NCBI RefSeq assembly: GCF_963921235.1 | Contig: NC_086100.1 | Location: 198,774,001-198,838,000 of the forward strand | Direction: 5' to 3' | Length of the DNA stretch: 64,000 nucleotides | From: Mobula hypostoma | Taxonomy: Eukaryota | Shown: in pieces, positions 24,355-37,372 of the stretch | Numbering within the stretch: the first letter of the stretch is position 1 | Layout: every line of letters starts with the position of its first letter | Notes under the pieces: generated by a model | Databases searched by the model: none | What the model saw: the letters and a program-made list of their open reading frames with translations, nothing else | Told to the model about the DNA's origin: nothing | Program-made: the position numbers and the translations under genes

Positions 24355-25000
24355 GGGCAACACACACAAAATGCTGGAGGAACTCAGCAGGTCAGGCAGC
24401 ATCTATTGAAAGGGATAAACAGTCAACATTTTGGGCCAAGACCCTTCATCAGAACTGGAAAAAAAGATGAGAAGTCAGAGGAAGAAGGTGGGGGGAGGGG
24501 AGGAAGTAGTACAGGGTGCTAGGTGATAGAGGAAACCAGGAGGGGGTGGGGGGAGACTGCATGAAATAAAGAGCTGGGAAGTCAATTGATCCAGGGCTGG
24601 AGGAAGGGGGAATCTGATAGTAGAGTTCAGAAGGCCATGGAAGGGAGGGAAGGATGAAGAGCACCAGAGGGATGTGATGGGCGGGTAAAGCGATAAGGTG
24701 AGCAAGGGAAATAGTGGAGGTGGGTGGTGGGCAAACAATGGAAGTTAATCGATGTTGTGGAGACTGAGGAATTGAGAGATGGGGATGGCTTTTTTACAAG
24801 TAACAGGGTGGGAGGAGGTATAGTCCAGGTGGCTGTGAGAGTCAGTGGGTTTATAATAGAAAAAGTTGTGGGACCACTTTGTTGAGCTCCATCTGCCAAA
24901 ACTTGAAAGTCCCAGTGGCCAAACATTTTAATTCCTATCCCCATTCCTGTTCCAACATATCCATGGCCTCCTCTCTTGCCATGATAAGGCCACTCTCAGG
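24355..25000. mobile_element. Older PLE subfamily fragments (terminal repeat on -, GIY-YIG remnant on +)
   Basis: acacacaaaatgctggaggaactcagcagg terminus with a degenerate hammerhead at 24421-24456. 24880-25000 cccagtggccaaacattttaattcc...ccatggcctcctc..tgccatgataaggccactctcagg parallels the GIY-YIG DNA at 16240-16340. Related termini at about 52-400, 10430-10563, 14580-14735, 26970-27085 and 30890-30995. Confidence 0.65.
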
Positions 25001-25044
25001 AGTAAGACGTTTCGCTTTGGGAGAAGAAAACAGGGGAGGACTTG

Positions 25045-25335
25045 CACGGTGAGCGGAAGGGCACTGCGGAGTGCGGTAGAACAGAGGGATCCGGGAACAC
25101 GGGTCCATCATTCCTTACAGAGTGAGCGGAAGGGCACCGCGGAGTGCGGTAGAACAGAGGGATCCGGAACACGGATCCATCATTCCTTACAGAGTGAGCG
25201 GAAGGGCACCGCGGAGTGCGGTAGAACAGAGGGATCCGGGAACACGGATCCATCATTCCTTACAGGGTGAGCGGAAGGGCACCGCGGAGTGCAGTAGAAC
25301 AGAGGGATCTGGGAACACAGGTCCATCATTCCTTG
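25045..25335 (+). repeat. 73-bp tandem repeat (4 copies) amplified from a CR1 RT segment
   Basis: GAGCGGAAGG recurs at 25051, 25124, 25196 and 25269. The unit encodes SAVEQRD.G and runs on into CR1 sequence (ccttgaaagtggcat). Confidence 0.85.
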
Positions 25336-25559
25336 AAAGTGGCATTACAGGTTGATGGGGTTCTAAAGAAAGCTTTTGGCACATTGGCCTTCATAAATCA
25401 AAGTAATGAGTGGAGGAGATAGGATGTTATGTTGAAATTGTACAATATGTTGGTGAGGCCAAACTTGGAGTATGAGCTGAAAAATGTAAATAACATTCAA
25501 AGAGCTCAGATATAATTTACAAGCATGTTGCTAGTTCTCGAGAACCTGAGTTATTGGGA

Positions 25560-26515
25560 TCACATTATATGTCAGTGATTTGGGTGAAGGAATTGATGGC
25601 TTTGTTGCAAAGTTTGCAGATGATAGGTGGAGGGGCTGATAGTTTTGAGGAAGTAGAGAGGTTACAGAAGGACTTAGACAGATTAGGAGAATGGACAAAG
25701 AAGTGGCAGATGGAATACAGTGTTGGGAAGTGTATGATCATGCACTTTGGTAGAAGAAATGAAAAGGTTGACTATTTTCTAAGTAGAGAGAAAATCCAAA
25801 ATAACTGAGGCACAAAGGGACTTGGGAACCCTTGGGCAGGATCCATAAAGGTTAATTTGCAGGATGAGTCTGTGGTGAGGAAGGAAAATGCAATGTTAGC
25901 ATTCATTTCGAGAGGACTAGAATATAAAAGCAAGAATGCAATGTTGAGACTTTGGAAAGCACTGGTGAGGCCTCACTTGGAGTATTGTGAACAGTTTTGG
26001 GCCCCTTGGAAAGGATGTGCTGAAACTGGAGAGGGTTCAAAGGAAGTTCACAAAAATGATGCCAGGATTGAATGTCTTGTCATATGAAGAGAGTTTGATG
26101 GCTCTGGGCCCGTATTCACTAGAATTCAGAAGAGTGAGGGGAGACCTTATTGTAACCTATCAATAGTGAAAGGCCTTGATAGAGTGGGTGTGGAGAGGAT
26201 GTTTCCTGTGGTGGGTGAGTCTAAGACCAGAGGACACAGCCTCAGAATAGAGGGGTGTCCTTTTAGAATGGAGATGAGGAGGAATTTCTTTAACCAGAGG
26301 GTGGTGAATCTGTACAATTCTTTGCCACAGACAGCTGTGGAGGCCAAGTCTTTTTGTATATTTAAGGCAGAGGTTGTTAGATTCTTGATTGGTCAGGGCA
26401 TGAAGGGATATGGAGATTGGGGCCGAGAGGAAAATTGAATCAGCCATGATGAAATGGTGGAGCAGACTCGATGGGCCAAATGGCCTAATTCTGCTCCTAT
26501 ATCTTATGGTCTTAT
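25560..26515 (+). mobile_element. CR1 LINE 3' fragment
   Basis: [37 protein letters not shown]; 3' end cctaattctgctcctatatcttatggtcttat. Confidence 0.85.
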
Positions 26516-29500
26516 AGGGAGGTTGAACAGGTTAGGACATTACTCCCTGGAGCATAGGAGAATGAGGGGAGATTTGATAAATGAATACAAAATGATGAGA
26601 GGTATAAATTAGATAAATTCAAGCAGGCTTCTTGCATTGAGTTTGGGTGAGACTAGAACTAGAGGTCATGGGTTAAGGGTGAAAGGAGAAATGTCTGAGG
26701 GAAACATGAGAGGAAACTTCTTCACTCAGATGTTGATGAGAGTGTGGAACAAGGTGCCAGTGAAAGCAGTGGATACGGGTTTGATTTAAAGGAAATTTGG
26801 GTAGATATACGGATGGAAGGGGTATGGAGGGCTATCACCCAGGTGCAGGTCAATGAGTGGAGAGGGAATAGACAGACTGCATCTTTTTCTGGTCTGATAC
26901 CAGAGGGCTTGCATTTCAGGAGAAGGGGAAATGTTTAAATAAGATGTTTGGAGCAACAAGTCATCTCAAGAGTTCCTGCAGATGCTGGAAATCCTGAGCA
27001 ACACACAGACAAAATGCTGGAGGAACTCGGAAGGTCAGGCAGTGTCTATAAAGGGGAATAAACAGATGACATTTTGGGCCAAAGCAAGTGTTTTTTCACA
27101 GAGAGTAGCATTTGCCTGAATGCGCTGCCAGGGCGGTAGGGACGGTGGTGGCTGATACGAAAGAGACGATTAGGAAGGAAGCACTGAGAGAGATGTTTGG
27201 AGGCAAGGAATGGAGGGATATGGACTCTGTGCGGAGAGAATCAGTTTAATTCGGCTTTGTGGGCAGCACAGATGTGGTGGGCTGAAAGGCTTGTTGCTGA
27301 GCTGTGCTGTTGTGTGCTGTGTAGATAAAGGGAGAAGTTTCCTGAAATCCGATCACTGACATACTTACAGAGCTGGTGTGGAGCCAGCTGCCTGCAGCGT
27401 ACTGGAGGTGTGAAAAGGCAGCATCAGGTTCCAGCACAGGCAGGAAGCCAAGACAGCAGCAGACAGATCACTGTCACTGTGAGTCCGAGTGGGGAGGTGG
27501 GGGGCAAACACTCAGGGGCTTGGGCTGTATTATAATTTCTTCTGTGACTGTATCTTTACTGCTGTCTTATATGTGATATATGTGCCATGTGGTGTGTGTA
27601 ACTGTTGGTACTCTGTTCTGCATCTTGGTCCCGGAGGAACACCTTCATTTGGCTGTGTTCATGGGTATTCATGTAAGGCTGAATAACAATTAAACTTGAA
27701 CTTGAGATACAGAAAGGGGTCACATTCAGATTCGTTCACTTATCACAATAACATCGAAACATCCAGTGAAATGTGTCACTTGCATTAACACCAACGCAAC
27801 CTAAGGGTGCTCTGGGGGCAGCCCGCAGGCGTTGCCTCTCATCCTGGCTCCAACGTGGCACGCCCAGAGTGCTCAGCAGGACAACACAAGAAACAACAAT
27901 GGGCCCCCTTTCTCCCACCCACCACTCTCTCTCTTTCTCTCTCATACACACACACCGCCAGCCCCAGGACAGGCTGCCTCAGGAGTGCCACAGACCTCCA
28001 ATCCCAGGTTTCCCTGGCCTAGACGTGGAGACATCGGGCTTCCAACTTCCAGTCACACCAGCTTCGGTTCTCCAGTTGAAGTTTAATTGTCATTGAACCG
28101 TTCACATCAATGCAGCCAAACAAGATAGCATTCCTCTGGAGACGACATGTAAAACACAGATCCAATATCACACAGCACACAGCACTTATCATTACAACGG
28201 AAAAATATATAGTCTCGAAGAAACTATATAACCCAAGTCCCTGAATGACATGGAGTCTGGATTGATGGGGCATAGACTCTAGATTGATGGGGCATGGACT
28301 CTAGATTGATGGTGTCTGGGATGTTCTCCTGGTCCAGATTATCTTCCCGGAGCGAATACTGGAGAGCAGCACCAAAGGGAGAGGCCAGCCCCCCAACCCA
28401 GTATAGATTACAGTGCGTCCCCAGCAGCCTCGTCTCTCTCCCACACAGCCTATGGTGTCTCCTCTCCTGGGCGGTTGCAATAGGCCATGCCGCAGCATGG
28501 GGCCCTGGTTCATACAGTAATCCTGTCCATATAGCCGACCCACCAGTGATGGGGAGGGGCTCCCTTTCAGAGATGCACAGCCAGAGGAGGCCTCCTCTCT
28601 TAGAATCAGGAAGACTGAACCTTCCCGAATATCCCCACTCCTCTCCACTTCTCCCTCCTCTGACACCCCTTTCCAGTCCTCAGAAACAGAATCAGGTTTA
28701 ACATCACTGGCATATGTCATGAAATCTGCTACTTTGTGGCAGCAGTACAATGCAATACATAATAATAAAATAACTATAAATTACAATAAGAAATACATAT
28801 AAAAAATTAAATTAAGTAGTGCAAAAAGAGACAAAAAACAACTGATAGTTTTCATGGGTTCATTGTCCATTCAGAAACCTGATGGCAGAGGGGAAGAAGC
28901 TGTTCCTGAAATGTTGCCTGTATGTTTTCTGGCTCCTGTACCTCCTCCTTGATGGTAGTAGTGAGAAGAGGGGATGATGGGGGTTCTGAATGACAGGTGT
29001 TGCCTTCTGAGGCTTCACTGTTTAAAGTGTCCTCGATGCTGGCGAGACTGGTGTCTACGATGGAGCTGGCTGAGTTTACAATTTCCTGCAGCTTTTTCCC
29101 ACCCCTTCCAAAAACACCTCACCAAAAACATCCCCTCAACCTCCTCTCAAACCTTCTCAATGTCTTCAGTGACTCCTGCACCTCCATCTACACCTACCGT
29201 TCCCCCCACTATCTCATCCCTCACCTTCCCTCCCTGTCCATACTACCCGCCTCACCCTCTCCCACCCCTTTTCACCATTCTCCTCCTCCGCCATCGCTGG
29301 ACCTGTGAATTTACTTTCAGCAATGAGTGTGCAAGTCCCTCTTTTTGCCAACATTTCCCACTCAAGCACTATTTAAATAGAGAGATTTGCTTTGTCTGTC
29401 ATGTGTACTTTGAGGCATACAGTGAAATGTGTAATTTTCGTCAAGAGCCAACACAGTCTGAGGATATGCTGGGAGCCGCCCGCAAGTGTCACCACGCTCC

Positions 29501-30262
29501 AGCCCCGATGTAACAAGCCCACAGCTTACTCGCCCCAACGCTGTATGTCTGTGCACCGTGAGAGGAATTCGGACCACCTAGAGGACCCACACGGTCACAG
29601 GGAGAACGTGTATACACATTGCAGCGGGAATTGAACCCGGACTTTAGAGTTGACGTAAAGCGTTGCGCTAGCTGCTCTTCCACGGGGTCACCATCTTTAT
29701 TTTCCATCTGGCATAGTTTGTATTTTGGTGTTTGATTGTTGGGGTTTTTTGTATTGCTATATTTACGCTCTATTCTTGGTTGGTGCGGCTGTAACGAAAC
29801 TAAATTTCCTTTGGGATTAATAAAGTATATCTATCTATCTATCTACCCATCACTCTCTCCCCGTCTGTTTTCCCTACTGAAATAGTTCAGCGTTTCTCCA
29901 CATTATGCTACACCTGCCATGTATCACTGGTGTCACTCACGCTGTCCAAACCTGCCCTGAAGCCTCTCTGTATCCTCCTCACTCACACACACACACACAC
30001 ACAAAGATTAACCCTAAATCTCCCAGATCTTACTCTGAGGCCCTTTCTCTTCAAGGTTCAGAGCTCAAAGTGAATTTATTGTCCAACTACGCATATGTTA
30101 CCATATACTACTCTGATTCATTTTCCTCCGGGCATTCACAGCAATTAGAAAGAATCAGTGCAAAACTTCACGTACAGTGTGACGGGATCCTGAATTACCC
30201 CTATTAACTTGTGCTTTTGAAAAGAGAGCGAGAGAGTTATTTAACACCAACAACTTGTTTAT

Positions 30263-30264
<2 letters not shown>

Positions 30265-30296
<32 letters not shown>
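30265..30296 (+). repeat. (GA)n microsatellite
   Basis: About 15 GA units read directly. Confidence 0.9.
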
Positions 30297-30297
<1 letters not shown>

Positions 30298-32609
30298 GAA
30301 GACTAACTGTTGGACTGTCACTTTAAGGCACTGGAAGTAACTTTTGAATTTCTGCTGAGTTGGAGCCAGCACCGAGCAGCTCGTAAGTTGCTATGGTGAC
30401 CGAGGGTGTTATTTAATGGACACTCGATGTGAGACAACAAACTCAGCAAATACAAAAAGAAAAGAGAAATAATACTAAATAACTAGACATTAAATATCAA
30501 GAACATGAGTTGTAGAGTCCTTGAAAATGAGTCCATAGGTTGTAGGAACTGCTGAGTGAAGTGAGTCAAGAGCCTGACGTTTGAGGGGTAATAACGGTTC
30601 TTTAGCTTTGAGTGCTTGCACTGCACGTTATCTCTAACTGCTACTCTTCATTCTGCGCTCGGTTTTTACGATCTCGATGTGTTTGTGTCCGGGATGATCC
30701 ATCTGGATGGAACGTAAACGAAAGCTCTTCACTGTATCCTGGTACATGAGGCAACCATAGACCACTTCCCGGTGATGTGTCATTACAGCAGGCCGTCTTA
30801 ACCCAGCCCCTGATGTGCTCGGTGAATATCGGGAGCCCAGCACTGACCCCCACCCTGTCACCCGGAGAAAGACCCAGTTCATCAGAAAGTGAGCAACACA
30901 CACAAAATGCTGGAGCAACTCAGCAGGTCAGGCAGCGTCTATGGAAATGAATAAACAGTCGACGTTTCAGGACCAGAGCCGTCCTCAGAACCTACAGAAG
31001 TAGGTTTACTATCATGGACAGATCTTGTGAAATTTTCCGTTTTGCAGCAGCAGTACAGTGCAATGCATAATAATACAAATACCATAAGTTACAAAAAGAA
31101 ATAAAAATCTATCAATAAATAGTGGGAAGAGGGCAATTAGTGAGGTAGTTTTCATGGACCATTCAGAAATCGGATGGCAGAGGGGAAGAAGTTGTTCCTG
31201 AAATGTTGAGTGTGTTCCTGTACCTCCTGCCTGATGGTAGCGAAGAAACGAGGGCTTGAGGGTTCAATTCTCACCACTGTCTGTGTTCAGCTTGCACTTT
31301 CTCCCCGTAACCACACAGATTTCCTCCGGGTGCTCCGGTTTCTGCCCATTTTCCGTAGCTATACGGGTTAGAGTTAATAAATTGTGGGCATACTATACTG
31401 GTGCTGGAAGCAAGAGCACAGATGTGGGCTGCTCTGAGCACACCTCGGCCGTTGATGAAAACCACACACTTCACTGGATCTTTTGATGTACACACGACTA
31501 ATAAAACTGATCTTTCTTTCTCTCTACTCTCACTCGACCTGCCAAATCTGCCCTGAAGCCCCTCTGCTTCCTCCTCAGAACTCGCACCTCACACACACAC
31601 AGTGGAAGATTAACTCTTGATCTCCCAGTCAGAGAGCACAGCAGAACAGAAACGGGCCCTTCGGCTAATCCAGTCCATGCTGAAGCATTACTCTGCCAAA
31701 TCCCGATGTTGGGGAAGTCCAGGACGAGGGGTCACAGTTTGAGGATAGAGGGGAAGCCTTTTAGGACCAAGATGAGGAAAAACTTCTTCATACAGAGAGT
31801 GGTGAATCTGTGGAATTCTCTGCCACAGGAAACAGTTGAGGCCAGTTCATTGGCTATATATAAGAGGGAGTCAGATATGGCCCTTGTGGCTAAAGGGATC
31901 GGGGGTATGGAGGGAAGGCTGGTACATGATTCTGAGTTGGATGATCAGCCATGATCATATTGAATGGCAGTGCAGGCTTGAAGGGCCGAATGGCCTACTC
32001 CTGCACCTATTTTCTATGTTTCTATGTTTCTAAATCCTATCATGGATGATTATGTTCTCTTCCATGAACGAAGATCCAATATATTTACTGAACTTCCCGT
32101 ACCCCATTTATAAATTCTCTCAATTCTGATGGAGAGGGGCCTTCATCACACTCCTCAACCTTTCCTTTTCACAGTGGAGCACTGGAAGAGGCCCTTCAGC
32201 CCATCTTACCTGTGCTAACCACAACGCCAAATTAAACTGCACATTTCCCTGCATGTGATCCATACCCTTTCTCCCTTAACCTCTAGCTTTAGTCTCACCC
32301 AACCTCTGGAAAAAAACTATCTATACCCCTCATAATTCCATATACCTCTATCAAATCCCCTCTCAATCTTCTATGCACTAAAGAATAAAATCCAAAGCTA
32401 TTCAAACTTTCCCTGGAGCATCTGGAGAAACACATTTCTTGTGTTTACCCTACAAATTATATATCCTCTCAAAAGTTTATAAACTTCTGTCAGATCACCC
32501 CCTCAACCTCTGACGTTGCAGAGAAAATAATCTATGTTTGCCCAACTTCTTCTCTCAAATACTCTCTAATCCAGGCAGAACATTGGTAAACCAATTCAGC
32601 ACTTTCTGA

Positions 32610-33008
32610 GGTGTGGAGGGAGCTTTACTCTCCGTCTGACACTGAGAGTGTGTGAAGGGACAGTGTGGAGGGAGCTTCATTCTGTGTCTGACCCCAGGAG
32701 TGTGTGATGAGACAGTGTAGAGGGAGCTTCACTCTGTGTCTGATCCCGATAGTGTGTGATGGGACAGGGTGAAGGGAGCTTCACTCTGTGTGTGATGAGA
32801 CAGTGTAGAGGGAGATTCACTCTGTACCTGACCCTGGGAGTGTGTGAAGGGACAGTGTAGAGGGAGATTCACTCTGTGTCTGATCCCAGGAGTATGTGAT
32901 GAGACAGGGTGAAGGGAGCTTCACTTTGTGTCTGACCCTGGGGGTGTGTGATAGGACAGGGTGAAGGGAGCTTCACTCTGTGTGTGATGACACAGTGAGG
33001 AGGGAGTT
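32610..33008 (+). repeat. 52-bp minisatellite array (degenerate)
   Basis: Units of GAGGGAGCTTCACTCTGTGTCTGACCC..GGAGTGTGTGATGGGACAGTGT; same family as 62679-63700. Confidence 0.85.
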
Positions 33009-33273
33009 TTGCTCACAATCTAAGCTGTGTATTTATATCTGAGTATCTGACCATACAGGGAACTGTTGTGACATAGCCATGGAGAAATTTTGAAAGAGGC
33101 CGGAGAATTTTCTGGAAGTTATCGGCCAGAGCGCATTGTGGGTTCTGACCGTTTCTCTGTAGCTCTGCGTGCTGTTTTACAGTCCTGGACATGCCACACC
33201 CTGCAATGTTTGGTATGAAAACTGCTCTCCAATCACTCATACCCTTGGGGCAAGCCAGTACCAGCGCTGTGGT

Positions 33274-33286
33274 TGACGTCACTTCC
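33274..33286. promoter_or_regulatory. Overlapping CRE/ETS composite motif; candidate promoter element
   Basis: TGACGTCACTTCC: a palindromic CRE overlapping GGAAGT on the minus strand, in unique non-repeat sequence about 5.9 kb upstream of the MMP21-like ATG. Confidence 0.35.
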
Positions 33287-34749
33287 CTTGGTTCCAGCCA
33301 TCACCTGCGATCACCGAGGCCTCCCTGCAAGGAGCTCCTGCCTCTGCTGAGGAGAGACGCTGGTGGGACAGTCACAGTGGAAGGGCAGAGTGTGAGGAGG
33401 GAGGGGGAGAGAGAGAGGAGGGGGCAAGCCCAATATTCTGACAGAGAGAGGCTATACCCACTTAAAGGGACGGTTGGCATCGCAGATCGTACAAGGACTG
33501 GGGTGCAGAGAGTTCCCAAAAGGACAAGCAGAGGTAAAGGTAGAAGTCAGCCAACGAAGGGGAGAGACAGTGGGGGGGAACTGCACCAGGGGAGAGACAG
33601 TGGGGGGGAACTGCACCAGGGGAGAGACAAATTGGACAAAGGGTAGAGAGTGGTGGAGAGGTAGAGAGAGCTGGGAAAGAGACGGGGCGGCCGGTGAGGG
33701 AAGATAAAGAGCTGGGTGAGAGGGAGGGAGGCAGAGAGCGAAGAGAGAGCTGGTTGAGAGACAGGGGAGGAGATAGAGAGAGAGGTGGGTATAAGATAGA
33801 GGAGGAGGAGGAGAGAGACAGGGGAGGTGAGAGGTAGGGGAGTTACAAGGAAGGACAAGGAGGTGGAAAAGTGCAGGGTGGAAAGAGAGGGAGTGAGGGA
33901 GAGAGGAGAGAGAGAGAAAGAAGGAGGGTAAGAGAGAGAGCTGGATATATGACAGAGGAGGGAGTGACAGAGGGGACAAGAGAGGTGAGGGAGAGGAGAG
34001 GGAGGAGGGTGAGGGACAGGGAGGGGGAGAGGTGCATGAGCCGTCACCACCCCTGACCAGTGAGCTGGTGGTTGTTAAGGACAGCGGGGACCCCAGCAGA
34101 AGATGACGGCACCACAGCAGATGGTAAGTGCCCGTCTGTCTCTCACACTGATGGTCCTGTGGCCAGGCAGCCATCGTTACCGAGCAGGAGAAGAGCCCAG
34201 ACCAACCACGCGCAGCAAGAGTGGGAAGTTGGGGGGTGGGGGTGGGGGCGGGAGGGTGCTGCTGGGGCCTCTACTAGCCAAGACCACAAGTCAGAGTGGT
34301 GAGGTCTTGATGAGGGAGCTCCAAACCTCACACACCCACCCTACCTCCCCACTCTGCACCCACTTCAATTCCCTTACACCCATTCCTATCTCCACACGTC
34401 TCCCTCCTCACCACCCATCCACTCCTTGCACATGACTCACTCCCCTCCTATCTCCTCCTACCCTCTTCCCTCGCCTCCTCCCTTTCCCTGCTCCATTCCC
34501 CCGTTTGTCCCAGTCCTTCTCTTTCACTCCCAGCCTCCTCTCCTTCCATTCCTGCCCCCCCCACGCTCTCTCTCTATCTCTCTCTCCCTCTCTCTCTCCA
34601 CTTCCATCCCCTTCTCCCGCCTCTTCCAGCTCACCACATGCCCACTTATCGGCTCCCCACCACTGCCCCGTCCAGCGCCAGAGGTGAGGGGGAGGATTGG
34701 AGGAAGAGCTGGCAGGTGAGGATGGATCCAGGTGAGGCAGGGGTGTGGT

Positions 34750-37372
34750 AGGAAGGTGGCTGATGAGGAGATGGAAGGTGGGGGATGAGGAGATGGAAGG
34801 TGGGTGATGAGGAGATGGAAGGAGAGGGATGAGGAGATGGAAGGTGGGGTGATGAGTAGATGGAAGGTGGCTGATGAGGAGATGGAAGGAGAGGGATGAG
34901 GAGATGGAAGGTGGGGTGATGAGTAGATGGAAGGTGGCTGATGAGGAGATGGAAGGTGAGGGATGAGGAGATGGAAGGTGAGGGATGAGGAGATGGAAGG
35001 TGGCTGATGAGGAGATGGAAGGTGGGGTGATGAGGAGATGGAAGGTGGGGTGATGAGGAGATGGAAGGTGAGGGATGAGGAGATAGAAGGTGGGGGATGA
35101 GGAGATGGAAGGTGGGGGATGAGGAGATAGAAGATGAGGGATGAGGAGATGGAAGGTGGGAGATGAGGAGATGGAAGGTGAGGGATGAGGAGATGGATGG
35201 TGGGTGATGAGGAGATGGAAGGTGGAAGGTGGGGTGATGAGGAGATGGAAGGTGGGGGATGAGGAGATGGAAGGTGGGGTGATGAGGAGATGGAAGGTGG
35301 GGAATGAGGAGATGGAAGGTGAGAGATGAGGAGATGGAAGACGGGGTGATGAGGAGATGGAAGGTGAGGGATGAGGAGATGGAAGGAGAGGGATGAGGAG
35401 ATGGAAGGTGGGTGATGAGGAGATGGAAGGTGAGGGATGAGGAGATGGAAGGTGAGGGATGAGGAGATGGAAGGTGGGGGATGAGGAGATGGAAGGTGGG
35501 GTAATGAGGAGATGGAAGATAGGGATGAGGAGATGGAAGGTGAGGGATGAGGAGATGGAAGGTGGGGGATGAGGAGATGGATGGTGGGGGATGAGGAGAT
35601 GGAAAGTGAGGGATGAGGAGATGGAAGGTGGGTGATGAGGAGATGGAAGGTGGGTGATGAGGAGATGGAAGGTGGGGGATGAGGAGATGGAAGGTGGGTG
35701 ATGAGGAGATGGAAGGAGAGGGATGAGGAGATGGAAGGTGGGGTGATGAGTAGATGGAAGGTGGCTGATGAGGAGATGGATGGTGGGGGATGAGGAGATG
35801 GAAGGTGGGGTGATGAGTAGATGGAAGGTGGGGGATGAGGAGATGGAAGGTGAGAGATGAGGAGATGGAAGACGGGGTGATGAGGAGATGGAAGGTGAGG
35901 GATGAGGAGATGGAAGGAGAGGGATGAGGAGATGGAAGGTGGGTGATGAGGAGATGGAAGGTGAGGGATGAGGAGATGGAAGGTGAGGGATGAGGAGATG
36001 GAAGGTGGGGGATGAGGAGATGGAAGGTGGGGTAATGAGATGGAAGATAGGGATGAGGAGATGGAAGGTGAGGGATGAGGAGATGGAAGGTGGGGGATGA
36101 GGAGATGGATGGTGGGGGATGAGGAGATGGAAAGTGAGGGATGAGGAGATGGAAGGTGGGTGACGAGGAGATGGAAGGTGGGTGATGAGGAGATGGAAGG
36201 TGGGGGATGAGGAGATGGAAGGTGGGTGATGAGGAGATGGAAGGAGAGTGATGAGGAGATGGAAGGTGTGGTGATGAGTAGATGGAAGGTGGCTGATGAG
36301 GAGATGGATGGTGGGGGATGAGGAGATGGAAGGTGAGGGATGAGGAGATGGAAGGTGGCTGATGAGGAGATGGAAGGTGGGGTGATGAGGAGATGGAAGG
36401 TGGGGTGATGAGGAGATGGAAGGTGAGGGATGAGGAGATAGAAGGTGGGGGATGAGGAGATAGAAGATGAGGGATGAGGAGATGGCAGGTGGGGGATGAG
36501 GAGATGGAAGGTGAGGGATGAGGAGATGGATGGTGGGTGATGAGGAGATGGAAGGTGGAAGGTGGGGTGATGAGGAGATGGAAGGTGGGGGATGAGGAGA
36601 TGGAAGGTGGGGTGATGAGGAGATGGAAGGTGGGGGATGAGGAGATGGAAGACGGGGTGATGAGGAGATGGAAGGTGAGGGATGAGGAGATGGAAGGAGA
36701 GGGATGAGTAGATGGAAGGTGGGTGATGAGGAGATGGAAGGTGAGGGTTGAGGAGATGGAAGGTGAGGGATGAGGAGATGGAAGGTGGGGGATGAGGAGA
36801 TGGAAGGTGGGGTAATGAGGAGATGGAAGATGGGGATGAGGAGATGGAAGGTGAGGGATGAGGAGATGGAAAGTGAGGGATGAGGAGATGGAAGGTGGGT
36901 GACGAGGAGATGGAAGGTGGGTGATGAGGAGATGGAAGGTGGGGTGATGAGGAGATGGAAAGTGAGGGATGAGGAGATGAAAGGTGGGTGATTTGGGGAT
37001 GGAAGGTGAGGGATGAGGAGATGGAAGGTGGGTGATTTGGGGATGGAAGGTGAGGGATGAGGAGATGGAAGGTGGGTTATTTGGGGATGGAAGGTGGGTG
37101 ATGAGGAGATGGAAGGTGGGGTGATGAGGAGATGGAAAGTGAGGGATGAGGAGATGGAAGGTGGGTGATTTGGGGATGGAAGGTGAGGGATGAAGAGATG
37201 GAAGGTGGGTGATTTGGGGATGGAAGGTGGGTGATGAGGAGATGGAAGGTGGGGTGATGAGGAGATGGAAAGTGAGGGATGAGGAGATGGAAGGTGGGTG
37301 ATTTGGGGATGGAAGGTGGGGGATGAGGAGATTTAAGGTGGGGGATGAGGAGACGGAAGGTGGGGTGATGAG
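34750..37372 (+). repeat. Purine-rich 22-23 bp minisatellite, about 2.6 kb
   Basis: Unit GATGAGGAGATGGAAGGT(G/A)GG(G/T), over 100 copies, with almost no C on the + strand. Confidence 0.97.

Noticed and set aside
28294..28701. 135-aa intergenic ORF
   Set aside because: No recognisable homology or splice context; it starts in a short tandem repeat and ends in a Rex1-type tail.
33452..34719. Long Pro/Ser/Leu-rich or Arg/Glu/Gly-rich ORFs (also 8218..8685 and 57924..58477)
   Set aside because: Translations of purine or pyrimidine low-complexity tracts that lack stop codons because of their composition.
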